A DNA stretch of 64,000 bases from the NCBI GenBank assembly GCA_963770895.1, contig CAVYRF010000002.1:4320001-4384000 (forward strand), written 5' to 3'. Positions within the stretch are counted from its first letter, which is position 1. The number at the start of each line of letters is the position of its first letter. The position numbers and the translations under genes are program-made. The stretch comes from an uncultured Acidobacteriota bacterium. GTDB lineage: Bacteria; Acidobacteriota; Thermoanaerobaculia; Multivoradales; UBA5704. Below are positions 34,301 through 36,630 of this stretch, one piece after another. Under the pieces are notes generated by a model, which had not been told where the DNA came from, did no database searches, and saw only the letters and a program-made list of their open reading frames with translations.

Positions 34301-36630
34301 AGTGCTGGCACCGCGTGGCCGACCCGCCCGCCGCGGGCGTGCAGCCCGTCGGCGTGCCGATGCCGCAGACGCAGGCGCTGATCCTGGCCGGCGACGGCGC
34401 CGGCGCCGGCCGGCAGGTCCTGTGCGGCATCGGCGAGGTCGGCGAGATCGTGCTGCGGACGCCCTTCCGCAGCCTCGGCTACCTGGCCAATCCCGCCGAG
34501 ACGCGCGCCCGCTTCCGGCCCAACCCGTTCCGCGCGGTGCGCGCCGCCGCCGCGCCGGCGGACGGCGACGACGATCTGCTGTATTTCACCGGCGACCGTG
34601 GCCGCTACCGGCTCGACGGGTCGCTGGCGATCCTCGGCCGCCTGGACGCGCAGGTGAAGGTCCGCGGCGTGCGCATCGAGCCGGCGGAGATCCGGGCGTG
34701 CCTGGGCCGGCACCAGGCGGTGGCGGAGAGCGCCGTGGTGCTGCGCGAGGTCCAGGCCGGCGACTCCCGCCTGGTCGCCTACGTCGTGCCGCGGCCGGGC
34801 GCCGCCTGGGACCCCGAGGCGCTGCGCCGGCACCTCCGTCTGGAGCTGCCGGAGGTCATGATCCCGGCGGCGTTCGTCGCCCTGGACGCGCTGCCGCTGA
34901 CGCCCAACGGCAAGCTCGACACGCGGGCCCTGCCCGCGCCGCGGGTGGCGGCCGGCGAGCAGCGCGCCCTGCAGACGCCGGTCGAGGAGATCACCGCCGG
35001 GCTGTGGGCCGAGCTGCTCGGCCTGCCGCACGTCGGTCCCGACGACAACTTCTTCGAGCTGGGCGGCCACTCGCTGATCGGCGCCCGGCTGATCTCGCGC
35101 CTGCGCCAGGCGCTCGCGGTCGACCTGCCCTTGCGCCTGCTGTTCGAGGCGCCGACGGTGGCGGGGCTGGCCGCCGGGATCGAACGTCTGCGGCGCGGCG
35201 ACGGCGCGGCGGAGCTGCCGACGATTGGCTCCTTCCGCCACGACCGCGGCGCCCCGCCGCCGCTGTCGTTCGCGCAGGAGCGCTACTGGACGGGGCGCCA
35301 CCTGGAAGCGCGTTCGGTGGCCTCGACGATCCCGATGCTGATGCAGCTCACGGGGCCGCTCGAGGGCGCCAGCCTGCGGCGCGCGATCGCGGCGCTGGTC
35401 GATCGCCACGAGCTGTTGCGCACCAGCTTCCAGGAGGGGCCGCGGGGGCCGGTGCAGGTCATCCATCCGACGGTGCCCATGCCGCTTCCCGTCGTCGACC
35501 TGGAGCGGCTGCGGCCGCCGCAGCGGATGGCGGAGGTGCGCCGGTTCAGCATCCTCGACGGGCGGTCGCATTTCGACTACGAGCGCGCACCCTTCTTCCG
35601 CATGACCCTTTTCCGCTGCGGGCCGCAAGAGCACGCGCTGCTCTTCACCATCCATCACGTCGCTTCGGACTGGTGGTCGGGCACCGTCCTGAAGCGCGAG
35701 GTCGCGGCCCTGTACGTGGCGTTCCGCGACGGCCAGCCGCCGCCGCTGCCGCCGCTTGCCGCGCAGTTCCAGGACTTCGCGCGCTGGCAGCGGCGCCTGT
35801 CCCTGGACGACGCACAGGCCAGCCAGGTGACGTTCTGGCGCCAGCACCTGACCGGGGCCACGCCGATCGACCTGGGCGCCGGCCGGCCGCGCCCGCAAAG
35901 GCGGACGTTCGCCGCCGGGAGCGAGGAGATCTGGGTGCCGGAAGAGCTGGAAAAGCAGCTCGACGCCTTCTCCTCGCAGCACGGCGTGACGCTCTTCATG
36001 ACGCTGCTGGCAGCCTTCAAGGTGCTGCTGCATAACGAGACGGGCCAGGACGACCTGGTCGTCCCGTGCAGCTTCGCCAACCGCAACCAGCTGGAGACGG
36101 AGGCGCTGATCGGCAACTTCGCCACCGGGCTGCCCCTGCGCACGCGGCTGTCCGGCGTGCGGAGCTTCCTCGACCTGCTGCAGCGGGTGCGGGAGGTGAC
36201 GCTGCTGGCCCACGAGCATCCGGACATCTTCTACGAACCGGTGGTGGCGGGCATGAGCTTCCTAGAGGAGGGGGATCGAGGCGGGCTCACCACGTTCAAG
36301 GTCCTCTTCCAGCTGGTCAAGGTGCCGGTGCCGGCGGTGCCGGCGGTGCCGGAGGCGGCGGAGGTGGCGGCGGCCGCTGCCGACCTGCGCATCTCCCACC
36401 TGCACGTCGACACCGGCAAGATCCGCCTCGACCTCAGCCTTTTCCTCTCCCAGGCGGGCGGTCTCGCCGGACGTTTCCGCTACAACCGCGACGTGCTCGA
36501 CGCGGCCAGGGTCGCCGGGATGCGCGAGCGCCTGCTGCGCATCCTGGCAGCCGTCGTCGCCGACCCGGAGCGCCCGCTGGCCGAGCTGGCGGTCGCCGAT
36601 TGCGTGGCGCAGGAGGTGATCGTTCGATGA
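4312..36630 (+). CDS. Giant hybrid NRPS-PKS (10,772 aa): (C-A-T)x5 - KS-AT-KR(degenerate)-ACP - (C-A-T)x3 - terminal C
   Basis: Eight YTSG/FTSG..G.PK A motifs, eight GGHSL T motifs, HHxxxDG C motifs, KS TACSTSLVA, AT GYSLG/HAFH, ACP GGDSL. ATGA overlap with the upstream gene. Confidence 0.95.
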   Translation: MRPENLESVYRLSPVQAGILFHVLHDPQGGLYGRQLVVELAGTLDVERLAQAWAGLLERHAVLRTSFHWQEVAHPVQVVARQVALPWEELDWRQLTAAERQQAMAELLRADLARGFDLERPPLLRLTLVRTGEAAWELIWTFHHLILDGWSLLLLLREVFASYAALCQGTRPAVAKTVPYKDFVAWQERQDGAAAERFWRQLLAGFAAPTPLPVVAPPAVAAASGHRSYEERSVELAAETTAALARAARRHGLTVNTLLQGAWAVLLSRYSQEADVVFGTTVSGRSAPLAGIEAMVGLLINTLPQRVRVEDGRALLPWLRDLQQAQSELLQHEHHSLAAVQGWSELPRGLPLFDSIVVFQNLPIETILDQGFVGSLPLRLAVRRGGEPLNYPLTLIAFEGDRLDLRLSFERGRVEAAAAVRMLWHLRSLLAGMAALAASPHAVLADLSPWSAAERQQLLAEWNSGPAVPVACGSLAAHFAAVAAERPQAVAVVCAEAHLSYGELAARGRRLARHLRRCGVMPGEAVALLLERSPEMVAAILGVLAAGAAYVPLDPAYPEERLSFILADSGARVVVMDDALASRLPLPAGVRRVAPSGGAAEQDGQEIGDAAAAVGPDDLAYVIYTSGSTGRPKGVGVTHGNVLRLLTSTADDFAIGARDVWTLFHSYAFDFSVWELWGALAAGGRLVLVPWAVSRTPETFRQLLIREGVTVLNQTPSAFGQLIAVDEAAARTAGGEGDLCGLRLVIFGGEALEPRLLRPWIARHGDESPCLVNMYGITETTVHVTLRRVGIRDLEAGSRIGRPIADLAVYLLDRCLEPVPVTVTGEIFVGGAGVARGYPGRPDLTAERFVPDPFGGAAGARLYRSGDLARHRADGDLEYLGRLDHQVKVRGFRIELAEIELALASFAGVADAAVVLRRGLAGGDGLVAYLVAEPGADPRGAALRDHLKSRLPDYMIPVQVVLLAALPLTANGKLDRRWLAELAPLDAGGAGHADPASGPRPRTPVEELVGDLFAQVLAVQEVGADADFFALGGHSLLATQLLSRMRDAFRVELPMRAIFEQPTVAGLAREIAKASNLGGAVPPPLVRGERAADERPAGSAATGESRGPLSFAQQRLWFVDQLEGGSLYNVQAALAVSGELSVALLSRVLAEVVRRHEVLRTVFRAGGGQPRQVILPPAGVAVPVADLTALAAARRQPAASSLVADLAQRPFDLARGPLLRVGLLRLEQTEHVLFLALHHIVSDGWSLGVLVREVTALYTAFAAGQPSPLAPLPVQYADFASWQRRWLASATDASDAGEALSVLDRELRYWRSHLAGAPAVLDLPTDRPRPALRSIHGAVRPLALGPRLSADLAALSRREGATLFMTLASALSVLLSRFAGQSDFTLGTVVAGRHHLEIEGLIGFFVNTLVLRPELAGEPRFTELLTRMRREALEAYAHQDLPFERLVEDLAPERSLAHTPLFQVMFAWQNAALGELALPGLRLAPRAVADQTAKFDLTLSLADSGSAIAGDISYARDLFDAVTIERLAAALQVLLAAVVAEPELPISRLPLWDAGQRHQMVVEWNATGTDWPSASTLPELFALQAAAHPRRLAWELGAEELSYAELAVRADAVARYLRRQGVGSGDVVGVSLERSGAVLVAMLGIVKAGAAYLPLDADYPAERLAWMLADSGAPVVLTQESLAPRLPAAGPRVVRLDTQWEEIAAAPAAGAAGVAGAAGQAGVTPAPGAGTAAPAPHPEDPAYVMYTSGSTGRPKGVAVPHRAVVRLVLATDYVDLQAAGRIAQLSNLAFDAATFEIWGALLGGATLVGVPQEVLLSPADLAAHLAAARVRVLFLTTALFNQVAQQVPGAFAALDTVLFGGEAGDPEAVRKVLAGGAPRRLVNAYGPTENATFSTWYRVGALAAQAVTVPIGRPIANSRAYVLDAGLQPVPLGGVGDLYLAGAGLALGYWRQPELTAERFVESPALPGERLYRSGDRARLLAEGNLEFRGRDDQQVKLRGFRIELGEIELALTAIAGVGEAAVVLRGDLAGGRGLVAYVVPAAPVGASSADGVGAAGWPAELRQALAGQLPAYMVPAHVVPLAALPLTPNGKVDRRFLAERGPLPDAAAGGARTAPRTVTEELLAGIFADVLQLGDLGAEADFFALGGHSLLATQLVSRVRETFGVELPLRAVFERSTVADLAREVDTASSPRGSAPPLVRAGRQGEIPLSFAQQRLWFIDQLEGGSLYNVPIALRMSGDLSVAVLARVLGEVARRHEVLRTVFQSVAGRARQVVLPAAGLAVPVVDLTGLAAAQREPAAMGQATDEARRAFDLARGPLVRARLWRLDPAEHLLLLAMHHIVSDGWSLGVLVREVKALYAAFALGLPSPLPELPVQYADFAVWEQERFAGEALAADLTWWREHLAGAPPLLELPTDRPRPAMLQRQGGSLQLTYDVELAAALTRLAHQHGATLFMVLLAAVQSLLGRLAGAPEVTVGTPIAGRTRRETEDLIGLFVNTLVMRGDLADDPSFARHLARVRTEALAAYAHQELPFEKLVVELAPERSLNATPLFQVLLALRNVPMGTVELPGVALTPVDLEPSVTRFDLELSFTDAAAQGLAGLPGSIEYDTSLFDRTTIARLAGQLAALLRSAAAAAELRLSDLALLTAAESQQLLVEWRRHPQPLASAPVDVATRLAAAASRAPDAVALIAGSHWLSHGELDRRVRLLAQRLRGLGVKRETRVGLLVERSLDLVVGLAAIWRAGGAAVPLDPGQPRARLALMVEDALGPAGALVAQRGLLELVAALPLDRVPIAWVDAAADRATVGAPAAPAEAAEPVGAGDLAYVIYTSGTTGRPKGVMVEHGSLAHTLAAVDEMFGFGADDRMPVLASASFDIFLFELLAPLLAGGTAVLFDLQPTLDLALVAEELRTSTLLHAVPAVMRQLTAGLLAQGVECPRLRRVFVGGDAVGADLLELMRRAFPQSRLTVLYGPTEAAILASWDAGEARPGSGLGRPLPGVAVAVLDALGAPVPIGVAGELWLGGPGVARGYLGRPELTAERFVPDREGGGRRLYRTGDRVRFTAAGRLEFLGRVDQQVKVRGFRIELGEVEAALLAHPAVREAAVVARRQGGDERLVAFVVGESPPPAAELRRFLDARLLAAMVPSHFVQLAALPLSPHGKVDRRALGALATQAAAGAAGAAGDPGSFGAPRTPLEELVAGLFAEVLHLERVGPEGDFFELGGHSLLATQLASRLRQVAGAELPLRAIFEQPTVAGLARLVEEASRSAAGPARPPIQAAAREEPLPLSFAQQRLWFIDQMEGSSTYNMPIALRMSGALSVAVLRRVLAEVVQRHEVLRTVFSSVEGHPRQVILPPAGATAARVGLVDLTALPAVLRQPAATASIAAEARRPFDLARGPLLRGALWRLDATEHLLLLSLHHIVGDGWSLGVLVREVTALYTAFAAGHPSPLAPLPVQYADFAAWQREWLAGDVLAAELEHWRARLAGAPPLFELPTDRPRPAVQSFRGAVRPVSLPPALGAALTALSRRQGATLFMTLASAWSVLLSRYAGQSDFTLGTVVAGRHRLEIEGLIGFFVNTLVLRPDLAAEPRFTDLLSRLRHETLDAYAHQDLPFEKLVEELAPARSLAHSPLFQVMFAWQNAAVGELALPGLRLVPLELADETAKFDLNLALHEAAGGIAGDLSYVRDLFDAPTIARLAAAFQVLLAAVAADPDLPIARLPLLGPSERHQLAVEWNATGTSWPAGSTLPQVFALQAAAHPRRLAWDYAGEQLRYEELASRSDAMAGFLRRHGVAAGDLVGLCVERSGVLLVAMLGILKAGAAYLPLDADNPRERLAWMLEDSGTPLLLTQESLASRLPPSAARVVRLDSQWEEVVAAASPAGTLPAGSPADAAMVIYTSGSTGRPKGVVVPHRGVVRLVVANDYVDFAGLDAAAEPGRRDEPDDAGRVNRVSQTSNLSFDAATFEIWGALLSGSTLVGVPHEVLLSPADLAAYLTTARIRVLFLTTALFHQAAHQAPGMFGAIDTLMAGGEAMDPAAAQKVLASATPPRRLLNLYGPTENSVCSTWFRVELLAGEAAAHAVTVPIGRPIGNSRAYLLDAGLQPVVVGGVGELYVAGLGLALGYWRQPERTAERFLESPALPGERLYRTGDRARQLADGNFEYRGRGDQQVKLRGFRIELGEIELALTAIADVAEAAVVVRDDLPGGRSLVAYVVPAADAEPSAAGLRQALRDRLPDYMVPARFVPLAALPLTSQGKVDRRWLAQRGPLSPGGGAAAAPAGAWSSPVEELLGAIFAAVLGVGSVAADDDFFALGGHSLLATQVVSRLRATFDVELPVRLLFERSTVRELARAVEEELRRGGATAAQPPIAPRPRDGAGLRPAGSAATGESRGPLSFAQQRLWFVDQLASGSLYNVSIALRAEGDLSIAVLSRVFAEVVRRHEALRTLFRGAGGQVRQVILPPGGFDLPLVDLSAVAPALREATALAALSAEAERPFDLAGGPRDEASAGRPRRPAGLLRVRVWRLGATEHLLLVALHHIVSDGWSMGVLVQEVAALYRAFSQGEASPLAPLPVQYADFAAWQRQWLSGEVLAQELAYWRGYLAGAPPVLELPTDRPRPLVQSLRGGLLPVAFDRALAAAAAQLALRHRATLFMVLTAAFQSQLVRLSGVPDLCLGTPIAGRTRRETEGLIGFFVNTLVLRGDLGGDPSFGDHLAAVRREALAAYAHQDLPFEKLVLELAPERSLAHTPLFQVMFALQNAPMGSLDLPGVRLAPVALARDVAQFDLTLSLAAADPAEPAGLAGFVEYAEALFDRATVARWIGQLETLLRGAVASPETRLSELPLWSAAERQQLQREWRGVARPAPAASVPASLALQAALTPSAPALEWGDVRWTHAELQRRAGRLARRLRAAGVGAETRVGLLVERSADLVVGLLGIWLAGGAAVPLDPWQPVARLQLLMAEALPEGASAVVSQHVLRGLQESLELGSTPVVQVAETEDGEEAAGPDLAPAAFDACLPGAGDLAYVLYTSGSTGRPKGVMVEHGSLAHTLAAVQEAFGAAAGERMPVLAPATFDAFLLELLLPMVGGGTAVLFAIRPVVDMAQLLAELERSTRLFAVPALMQRLAAAVVERGARCPRLRQVFVGGDAAGRDLLLAMRQAFPAARRVVLYGPTEAAIAATGEEPDEGAHNGIGWPLPGVTVEVRDAAGGAVPAGAAGELWLGGPGVARGYLDRPDLTAEHFVPSWSGRGERLYRTGDRVRFHASGRLEFLGRMDKQVKVRGFRLEPGEVEAALLACPGVAAAAVLVERHGAGDERLVAYVAGAAGTAVPQGAELRRFAESRLPAYMVPSRFVGLERLPLTQHGKVDRRALAELRARGAEEAPAQAPAAGLESLVAGVFQEVLGVERVGIADNFFDLGGHSLLLTEVQSRLSKQLGEDVPLLEIFRNPNVGALARALAERRDPGSGAAAASLEALRLAAPAAAAAARAAGPEGRAVAIVGRAGRFPGAPDLEAFWRNLRDGVESISFFTAAELDLAGVDREVRRLPGYVAAGGVLAGTELFDAGFFDVGPREAQIMDPQQRVLLECCAQALESAGYGAGSPAAEAVRIGVFVGGGASSYALLNLVGHPELDGLEMALGNEKDFLATRLSYKLDLKGPALTVQTACSTSLVAVHLGVRSLLDGECELALAGGVNISPSQVAGYVYQEGSVASPDGHNRAFDARAKGSVSGNGAGVVVLKPLARALADGDTIHAVILGSALNNDGAGKVGFTAPSEEGQAKVIVAAQAAAGVSPESIAYVEAHGSATPVGDPIEVAALTRAFRLGTARRGFCAVGSVKTNIGHNGSAAGIAGLLKTVLALEHRQIPASLHFEQPNPRIDFASSAFYVNRQLAEWPAGETPRRAGVSSFGLGGTNIHVIVEEAPARPETAPSRPWQPVVLSARTPAALEAATERLAAHLAEHAELDLADVAATLATGRKGHAWRRAVICRDARDAREVLATRDPQRLLAGTVDGSRRPVALLFSGLGEQYPAMAAGLYRDLPAFRERLDRHAAVLAPILGFDPLAVLFAGADRQAAGAPAAGLDLRRMLGRRRAGTDPGVPAPADERLARTAVSQPLLFAVELALAGTWRDWGIQPQAMLGYSLGEYVAACVAGVLAAEDALRLVAERARLIDALPAGAMLAVPLGPEELRPLLAGELWVAAVNGPRLTVVSGAPGAVAELARRLDQLGTASRPLATTHAFHCPLLAPVAAALVELLRRVPLAAPRIPYLSNLTGTWITAAQATDPQYWAEQMCRPVQFAAGVAELWREPGRVLLEVGPGASLSSLALQAGGAAADPVAVSSLPGAYERQPDRVHLLGAAAKLWLSGVRLDWRAAWGGEQRRRVPLPTYPFERRRYWIERRQPDRLSGGGEAAGRAGAGAGPGLHLPAWRRTPALPVPGAAGLQAAGAPWLVLVEESGLGQRITARLRQAGARVVEVTAGTAGAGFASLRPDTFRIDPCEPRDYDLLAAALGGAGRPGPGRIVHLWGIGAGRARAAAGLGLRALLGLAQALDRAAGGNGGTGADGADGAGGAANTLALLVAADGLHPFTGSARRRAELAPLGALCQALPRELPGVASRAVDIELPRGTGGAAERRWERLAAALLAEIAAMPAAGVAGTAGAPAAAAVALRGGERWTEAFEPVPLAPAPGSSSLQGAVLLVGRRAGFLAAAASVLGQAGVRTVWEESDAGGGGTPAGAAPGGLNAAGEEPLAGVIVGEEALLGDTAPVPAARLDAAAWDALLAGVADRFADLGRRLADRQPGFRVLASSWSPLAALPAPMAATAAAAAKPEPAWRAAARGLLDALAEKAGRAEPHSPWVRVAWDGLAAMPAGMVADLLARLASEADGGRFAVSPGEAAVPRSTPEAGDFPGTLHGRPNLKHAYVAPEGEVERQLTVIWQELLGIQGIGVHDSFFELGGDSLQAVQVISRVRGAWGVEIALGALFETPTPRALAATLRTMRPDARPAIVPQPRQGGAAAELPLSFAQRRLWFIDQLEGGALYNVPLAVRLEGPLSAALLSRVLGEVVRRHEGVRTVFPGVDGQARQVILPPSAVAVAVVDLTGLAPALRQPVAADLVREDVRRPFDLARGPLLRAGLWRLGAAEHVMLLNLHHIVSDGWSLGVLLREMTALYAAFAAGQPSPLAPLPVQYADFAAWQHGWLAADAGGAGGAGTTLEAELRHWRSRLAGVPPVFELPTDRPRPAVQSFRGGVRSLALAPELAAALAALSRREGATLFMTLASALSVLLSRFAGQSDFTLGTVVAGRHHLEIEGLIGFFVNTLVLRPDLAGEPRFTDLVARMRDEALAAFAHQDLPFDKLVEDLAPERSMAHTPLFQVMFAWQNVAVGEVSLAGLRLVPLELGEEVAKFDLTLTLHDSGSGITGNISYARDLFDAATIERLAASLQVLLAAAAADPELPISRLPLSSPAQRHQLVVEWNATDTDWPSGSTLPELFALQAAAHPWRLAWELGREQLSYAELAVRADAVARYLRQQGVGCGDVVGLCIERSGAVLVAMLGIVKAGAAYLPLDAAYPAERLAWMLADSGAPVVLTQESLAPRLPAAGPRVVRLDTQWAEIAAPPAAGAAGVAGGAGVTHAAGAGDAAPATRPEDLAYVIYTSGSTGRPKGVAVPHRAVVRLVLATDYVDLEAAGRIAQTCNQAFDVATFEIWGALLCGATLVGVPQELLLSPAELAAHLAAAHVRVLFLVTALFNQVAQQAPGAFAGVDTVLFAGEAADPEAVRKVLAGGAPRRLVNAYGPTENTTFSTWYRVEALAAHAVTVPIGRPIANSRSYVLDAGLQPVPPGGVGDLYLAGAGLAVGYWRQPELTAERFVESPALPGERLYRSGDRARLLADGNLEFRGRDDQQVKLRGFRIELGEIELALTAIVGVAEAAVVLRGDLAGGRGLVAYVVPAAPGGAGDGGGVGAAGWPAELRQALAGHLPGYMVPAHVVPLAALPLTPNGKVDRRFLAERGPLPDAAAGGARIAPRTVTEELLAGIFADVLRLEGVGAEADFFALGGHSLLATQLVSRVRAAFGVELPLRAVFERSTVAGLALEVDRAASLGGSVPPLVRADRQGEHRPAGSAATGDSRGPLSFAQQRLWFIDQLEGGSLYNLPIALRMSGDLSVALLARVLGEVARRHEVLRTVFQSVEGRARQVVLPAAGLGVPVVDLTGLAAALREPAATGQAMGEARRAFDLARGPLMRVRLWRLDATEHLLLLAMHHIVSDGWSMGVLVREVTALYTAFALGRPSPLPELPVQYADFAAWQQSWLSGQVLAAEMDHWRRRLAGAPPVLELPTDRARPPVRSFRGATRAHRLSPALTQTILALARRRGTTLFMALAAGFQAWLARISGQTDFTLGTPIAGRNRLETEGLIGFFVNTLVLRAELSDDPAAGEILDRVRRQTLAAYQHQDLPFEKLVEELDPERSLSRAPLFQVMLVLQNNAAERLEMPGLELRPVAVPTGTTDFDLTLVAGESEQGLDAMLDYSTDLFDAATVARFLAQIERLLGAVAAAPETRLSQLPLLGAGERHQVVAEWAAWSEWAGRAAASEGSGGGPDRAGGGLLHAPFFAQAALVPERVALTCGEAHVTYGELAARAGRLARQLAVLGARAEAPAGILLERGVDRITAVLGVLMTGALYLPLDPSLPRERVGELLAGAGAALVVTREELLELVPAATTALCLGRDGANDATGANVASGAHEANGAYVLYTSGSTGRPKGVLVEHRAAAWYSRCAAGNFALTPADCALQFASLSFDVSIEEIFPILASGGRLAILPPGDVPTAAEFLAACRTAGVTVLTLATAYWHELAIEVEARPHTLPPALRLVSIGGEKARPDRVASWQRAAAGSAVYNGYGPTETTVIATLYRVECGPWDAAADLPLGRPIPGARTFVVDRQLQPLPPGAPGELAIGGAGLARGYLGEPAMTAERFVPDPFGAAGDRLYRTGDLARQRPDGQIEFLGRIDHQVKLRGFRIEPGEIEQALAAQPEVTGAVVVVREGLPGGRGLVAYVVPAPAAGATAAALREGLKARLPPYMVPAHVMLLEALPLTPSGKLDRKWLAQHGPLPGGADLPAARESRRLNVTEELLAGLFAEVLEIAAPAMSASAPGGSGAPAGTSGAGVGLDADFFELGGHSLLATRLMSRVRTTFGVELPLRAIFEQPTIAGLAREIDRALRSGAGAPVEVAAPVSRDALLPLSFSQERLWFLQQLEPGSATYNMPLQLALAGTLSIGALAAALSALLRRHESLRTTFVQGTGTLRQQIAPPVPVAALPLVDLSGLPPAARRDAAAGLARWHAGQGFDLERGPLCVWLLVRLAAAEHRFLLNMHHTISDGWSIEVLARDLGELYAATLEGRPARLPDLPIQYADFAHWQRRWLVEKQAQELAYWESRLGGEVASAELPTDRPRPAVQTFRGGRRQLVLGEELTARLKRFGRDEGVTLFMTLLAATQVLLARHSGEHDVAVGVPVAGRQWEETEGLIGCFLNTLVLRTDTAGEPSFREFAARVRTVTLEAYSHQSVPFEAVLGRLGLRRDLSRSPLFQVLFNLFNLPGAPLALPDLELRALAPAEVPSKLDLTFYVSEDAGRVPIDLVYNADLFDEAHMAEVLAQLEALLRQAVEQPEVPVAHLSLVTDLARAVLPDPGCEIDRPAFPAVARQFLAREAAQPERAAVCFQAQAWSYSQLGSRAREIARAAIAALAPVAAMAAGGAAPPVIAVTGPRCPELIGSILGVFLARGVLLTLDPALPAARLRLMVEQAKPGCLLYVGEPREEDAWMWELGALGILAVVPVVRGAAAAGPAHDEPAAAVADPGADDPAYIFFTSGTTGRPKAVVGRQKGLSHFVTWQRETFGIGQGDRVAQLTGLSFDAVLRDIFVALTSGATLHLPDEDEASPEHLLSWLRRRAITVLHTVPSLAGAWLAAPAAVAAAGPAALRLTFFVGEPLLDHVVERWRAAFAGAEVFNFYGPTETTLIKCWHRVADPPAAGVQPVGVPMPQTQALILAGDGAGAGRQVLCGIGEVGEIVLRTPFRSLGYLANPAETRARFRPNPFRAVRAAAAPADGDDDLLYFTGDRGRYRLDGSLAILGRLDAQVKVRGVRIEPAEIRACLGRHQAVAESAVVLREVQAGDSRLVAYVVPRPGAAWDPEALRRHLRLELPEVMIPAAFVALDALPLTPNGKLDTRALPAPRVAAGEQRALQTPVEEITAGLWAELLGLPHVGPDDNFFELGGHSLIGARLISRLRQALAVDLPLRLLFEAPTVAGLAAGIERLRRGDGAAELPTIGSFRHDRGAPPPLSFAQERYWTGRHLEARSVASTIPMLMQLTGPLEGASLRRAIAALVDRHELLRTSFQEGPRGPVQVIHPTVPMPLPVVDLERLRPPQRMAEVRRFSILDGRSHFDYERAPFFRMTLFRCGPQEHALLFTIHHVASDWWSGTVLKREVAALYVAFRDGQPPPLPPLAAQFQDFARWQRRLSLDDAQASQVTFWRQHLTGATPIDLGAGRPRPQRRTFAAGSEEIWVPEELEKQLDAFSSQHGVTLFMTLLAAFKVLLHNETGQDDLVVPCSFANRNQLETEALIGNFATGLPLRTRLSGVRSFLDLLQRVREVTLLAHEHPDIFYEPVVAGMSFLEEGDRGGLTTFKVLFQLVKVPVPAVPAVPEAAEVAAAAADLRISHLHVDTGKIRLDLSLFLSQAGGLAGRFRYNRDVLDAARVAGMRERLLRILAAVVADPERPLAELAVADCVAQEVIVR
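4330..7530 (+). other. NRPS module: DCL-like C domain, A(Thr), T (approximate bounds)
   Basis: N-terminal YRLSPVQAGILFH and WTFHHLILDGWS resemble DCL-type C domains; pocket DFWNIGMVHK is the canonical Thr code. Confidence 0.8.
7594..7632 (+). repeat. 39-nt in-frame hairpin element, copy 1 (RPAGSAATGESRG)
   Basis: CGACCTGCCGGAAGTGCCGCGACAGGCGAAAGCCGCGGC immediately before the PLSFAQQR start of a C domain. Confidence 0.9.
17437..17475 (+). repeat. 39-nt in-frame hairpin element, copy 2
   Basis: Identical to copy 1, in the same position before PLSFAQQR; the upstream flank is unrelated to that of copy 1. Confidence 0.9.
20770..25270 (+). other. Embedded type I PKS module: KS-AT(malonyl)-degenerate KR-ACP (approximate bounds)
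   Basis: KS Cys (TACSTS), His (EAHGSAT) and His (NIGHNG); AT GYSLG and HAFH (malonyl-type); the KR region lacks a GGxGxxG Rossmann motif; ACP GGDSL. Confidence 0.85.
28627..28665 (+). repeat. 39-nt in-frame hairpin element, copy 3 (one substitution, loop GAAA to GACA)
   Basis: CGACCTGCCGGAAGTGCCGCGACAGGCGACAGCCGCGGC; absent from the paralogous linker near 10921-10940. Confidence 0.9.
35260..36600 (+). other. Terminal condensation domain in place of a thioesterase (approximate bounds)
   Basis: PLSFAQERYW...HHVASDWWS...QFQDFARWQ follows the last T domain; no GxSxG TE or NAD-binding R domain. Confidence 0.8.

Noticed and set aside
664-36035. Long alternative-frame + strand ORFs (e.g. 664-4191, 12282-16247, 30000-36035)
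   Set aside because: Gly/Arg/Ala/Pro low-complexity translations expected from GC-rich DNA, overlapping a clearly real gene.
7915-36219. Very long antisense ORFs (6007 aa at 7915-25938, 3380 aa at 26077-36219, also 464-4186 and 3709-7287)
   Set aside because: Shadow frames of high-GC3 NRPS codons, which rarely give antisense stops; the translations are Arg/Gln/His-rich with no domain motifs.
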